This document shows positions 38,737-40,287 of a DNA stretch of 40,287 bases, piece by piece. Origin of the DNA: Candidatus Hydrogenedentota bacterium (lineage in GTDB: Bacteria > Hydrogenedentota > Hydrogenedentia > Hydrogenedentales > SLHB01). The DNA lies in assembly GCA_963668025.2 (NCBI GenBank), contig CAXXTH010000020.1, forward strand, positions 1 to 40,287, read 5' to 3'. The notes under the pieces are model-generated. The model had not been told where the DNA came from, did no database searches, and saw only the letters and a program-made list of their open reading frames with translations. The position numbers were made by a program, and so were the translations under genes. Positions within the stretch are counted from its first letter, which is position 1. Every line of letters begins with the position of its first letter.

Positions 38737-39522
38737 CCAGTCAATGTCGGTGGATTGCCAGTAGCGGCGCGTTTCCATGCGCCCATGGTCTTTTTCGAGC
38801 GTTTTGGAGCAGGCCATGGTGTTGGGGGCAACGGTAGTGGCGGGTTCGGAAGCGCAGGGCAAAACAGCGTCGGCAAAGAAATCCTGGACCTCTTGGTGAA
38901 CCGTAGCATGGTTGCCTTTGAGGGCTAGGACATAATCAGCTTTCTTCTCGATGATCTGGGCGGCGATGTCTTTCTGGCATCCCATGGCGTCAATGGTCAC
39001 GATGCAGCCTTGAAGGGCCAACGCCCGCAACAGTTCGGGGATGGCGGTGATTTCATTGGACTTATCGTCCACCTTAACCTGTCCCAAGGCCAGCCCGTTT
39101 TGCGAAGCCCAGGCGCTGACAATATACGGGATTGAATCGCCGTCATCCAAGGCTCGGCGCAACGCCTTTCCATCGATGGCAACGACTTCCCCCTGCAGTG
39201 CCGGGCAAATCCTTTGGACCCAGCGCACAAAACAGTCCATAAAACAATCGGGGTCGATGGCGGAGAAAACCCGGTTGAAGGTATCGTGCGACGGGATGCC
39301 GTGAGGCAACTCGAGAAAGGTCTTGAGCCAGTCTCGTTTGATCCTTCCAAACAACGCCATGTCGTTGAATCCCTCGCCGCCGGTCAACATCGAACAAAGT
39401 CCGATAACCAGAATATCGGCCAGCTTATGGAACCGCCTGCGGCGGACACGCGGATCGGGGATTTCCTCCAAGTATTCCATGATGCCGCGCTGTCTCGGAA
39501 CGGGATGATGCTCATTGCCCAC
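38731..39522 (-). pseudogene. ISAs1 transposase N-terminal part
   Basis: IPDPR, PSHDTF, AIDGKALR, KSNEITAIP, TIDAMGCQ, LKGN, EKDHGR; GTG start after AGGAG. Confidence 0.9.
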
Positions 39523-39671
39523 GGCTTTATCTCCTGAGTTAAGGAGTCGCGTCAAAATAACTTACCGATTTTCTCCCACCACTCGGAAAGGAAGCGGTAA
39601 TTCCTATCGCCATGAAAATTGCGTTGAATGCGAAAAAATAGTCAAGTTATTTTGACGCGCTTCCTAAACGC

Positions 39672-39700
39672 TGGACTTTTTATATATATTCCTATATCAT
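39672..39700 (+). promoter_or_regulatory. Sigma70-like leaderless promoter of the accessory ORF
   Basis: TGGACT-17 bp-TATCAT-6 nt-ATG; no SD. Confidence 0.55.
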
Positions 39701-39706
39701 ATTGCC

Positions 39707-40006
39707 ATGAAACAAACAAGCAAAATCCAGCGGCTGTTAGAAAAGATGGCGGCCATCGAGCGGATGGAACGCGGCAAGATCTGCGCGATGGCCGGCCGGC
39801 CCCACTACAACCATCAGACATGGCAAAACGGGCGTAACGTGGTGCACTACGTTCCCACCGACGAGGTGGAGGCCCTCCAAGAGGCCATTGATGGCTACAA
39901 CCAATTCCGTAAGCTGGCCGAGGAATATGCCAACGAAATCATCCGTCGGACACGCCAGGAAAAAGACAAAAACAAAAAACGGAAAAAGAATGGCAGGACA
40001 AGCTGA
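39707..40006 (+). CDS. DUF6788-like IS accessory protein, divergent from the ISAs1 transposase
   Basis: IERMERGKI...HYNHQTWQNGRNVVHYV, helical Lys-rich tail; lies inside the ISAs1 TIRs. Confidence 0.7.
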   Translation: MKQTSKIQRLLEKMAAIERMERGKICAMAGRPHYNHQTWQNGRNVVHYVPTDEVEALQEAIDGYNQFRKLAEEYANEIIRRTRQEKDKNKKRKKNGRTS

Positions 40007-40032
40007 TAGACATTATCCAGAATTCAGCATTA

Positions 40033-40287
40033 TTAGATGCGTCCGCCCTGGGCATATAGCGACACTGCAAACTCGCGCTGCGAGAGATAGATTGCCTCCA
40101 TCTCGCCCACTGAAAGCGCCCGGCTTAACACAAACGCCTCATCCATCGTGCCGACAAAGCGCGCCGTGGAACCAGCCGTGAACGGCGACCCCAATCCAAA
40201 GGCCGTTGACCCACTCGAAAACGCCCCATATCCACTAATCGAGACGCTCGCATCCAACGCCCCGTCCACGTAGAGATAGGCCGTGGA
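40033..40287 (-). pseudogene. LamG/ConA-like domain gene cut by the ISAs1 end (starts beyond the window)
   Basis: LYVDG...FVGTMDEAFVLSRALSVGEMEAIY; the frame runs into the IS terminal repeat and stops there. Confidence 0.75.

Larger units (their letters stand above)
36524..40050 (-). mobile_element. ISAs1-family IS (about 1.7 kb native) carrying a nested IS and a divergent accessory ORF
   Basis: TIR CAGGGCAGACGCATCTA / TAGATGCGTCCGCCCTG (16/17 match); no TSD. Confidence 0.88.

Overview
GC-rich bacterial chromosomal window. The lineage is uncertain, although the LPVAS-type C-terminal anchor and repeat families suggest Hydrogenedentes or a PVC-like group (inference). Ordinary genes include a SAM methyltransferase, PLD, flippase, URO-D-family protein, udk, sucCD, yjbQ, M23 and M28 peptidases, a GH2 beta-mannosidase and a NarL/HisKA_3 two-component locus. 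Two mobile-element nests interrupt them. The first (11.8-19.2 kb) has two inverted copies of an ISAs1-like/ISNCY element around an ISKra4-family element and a damaged IS4-family element. The second (34.6-40.05 kb) is a class IIC group II intron truncated in domain VI by an ISAs1 element, whose transposase is split by an IS1182/IS5-like element. The main leads are: a DUF6788-like accessory ORF in three different IS types, with leaderless promoters and operator-like palindromes; a possible surrogate-end DNA capture by the ISKra4 element; an intact but motif-degenerate P1B ATPase; a sigma2-only protein and a pseudo-receiver beside the kinase; a secreted 21-Cys repeat protein; an unannotated 28-aa amphipathic peptide; and a Pho-box-like promoter before a structured non-coding region. 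No CRISPR array, tRNA or rRNA was seen.
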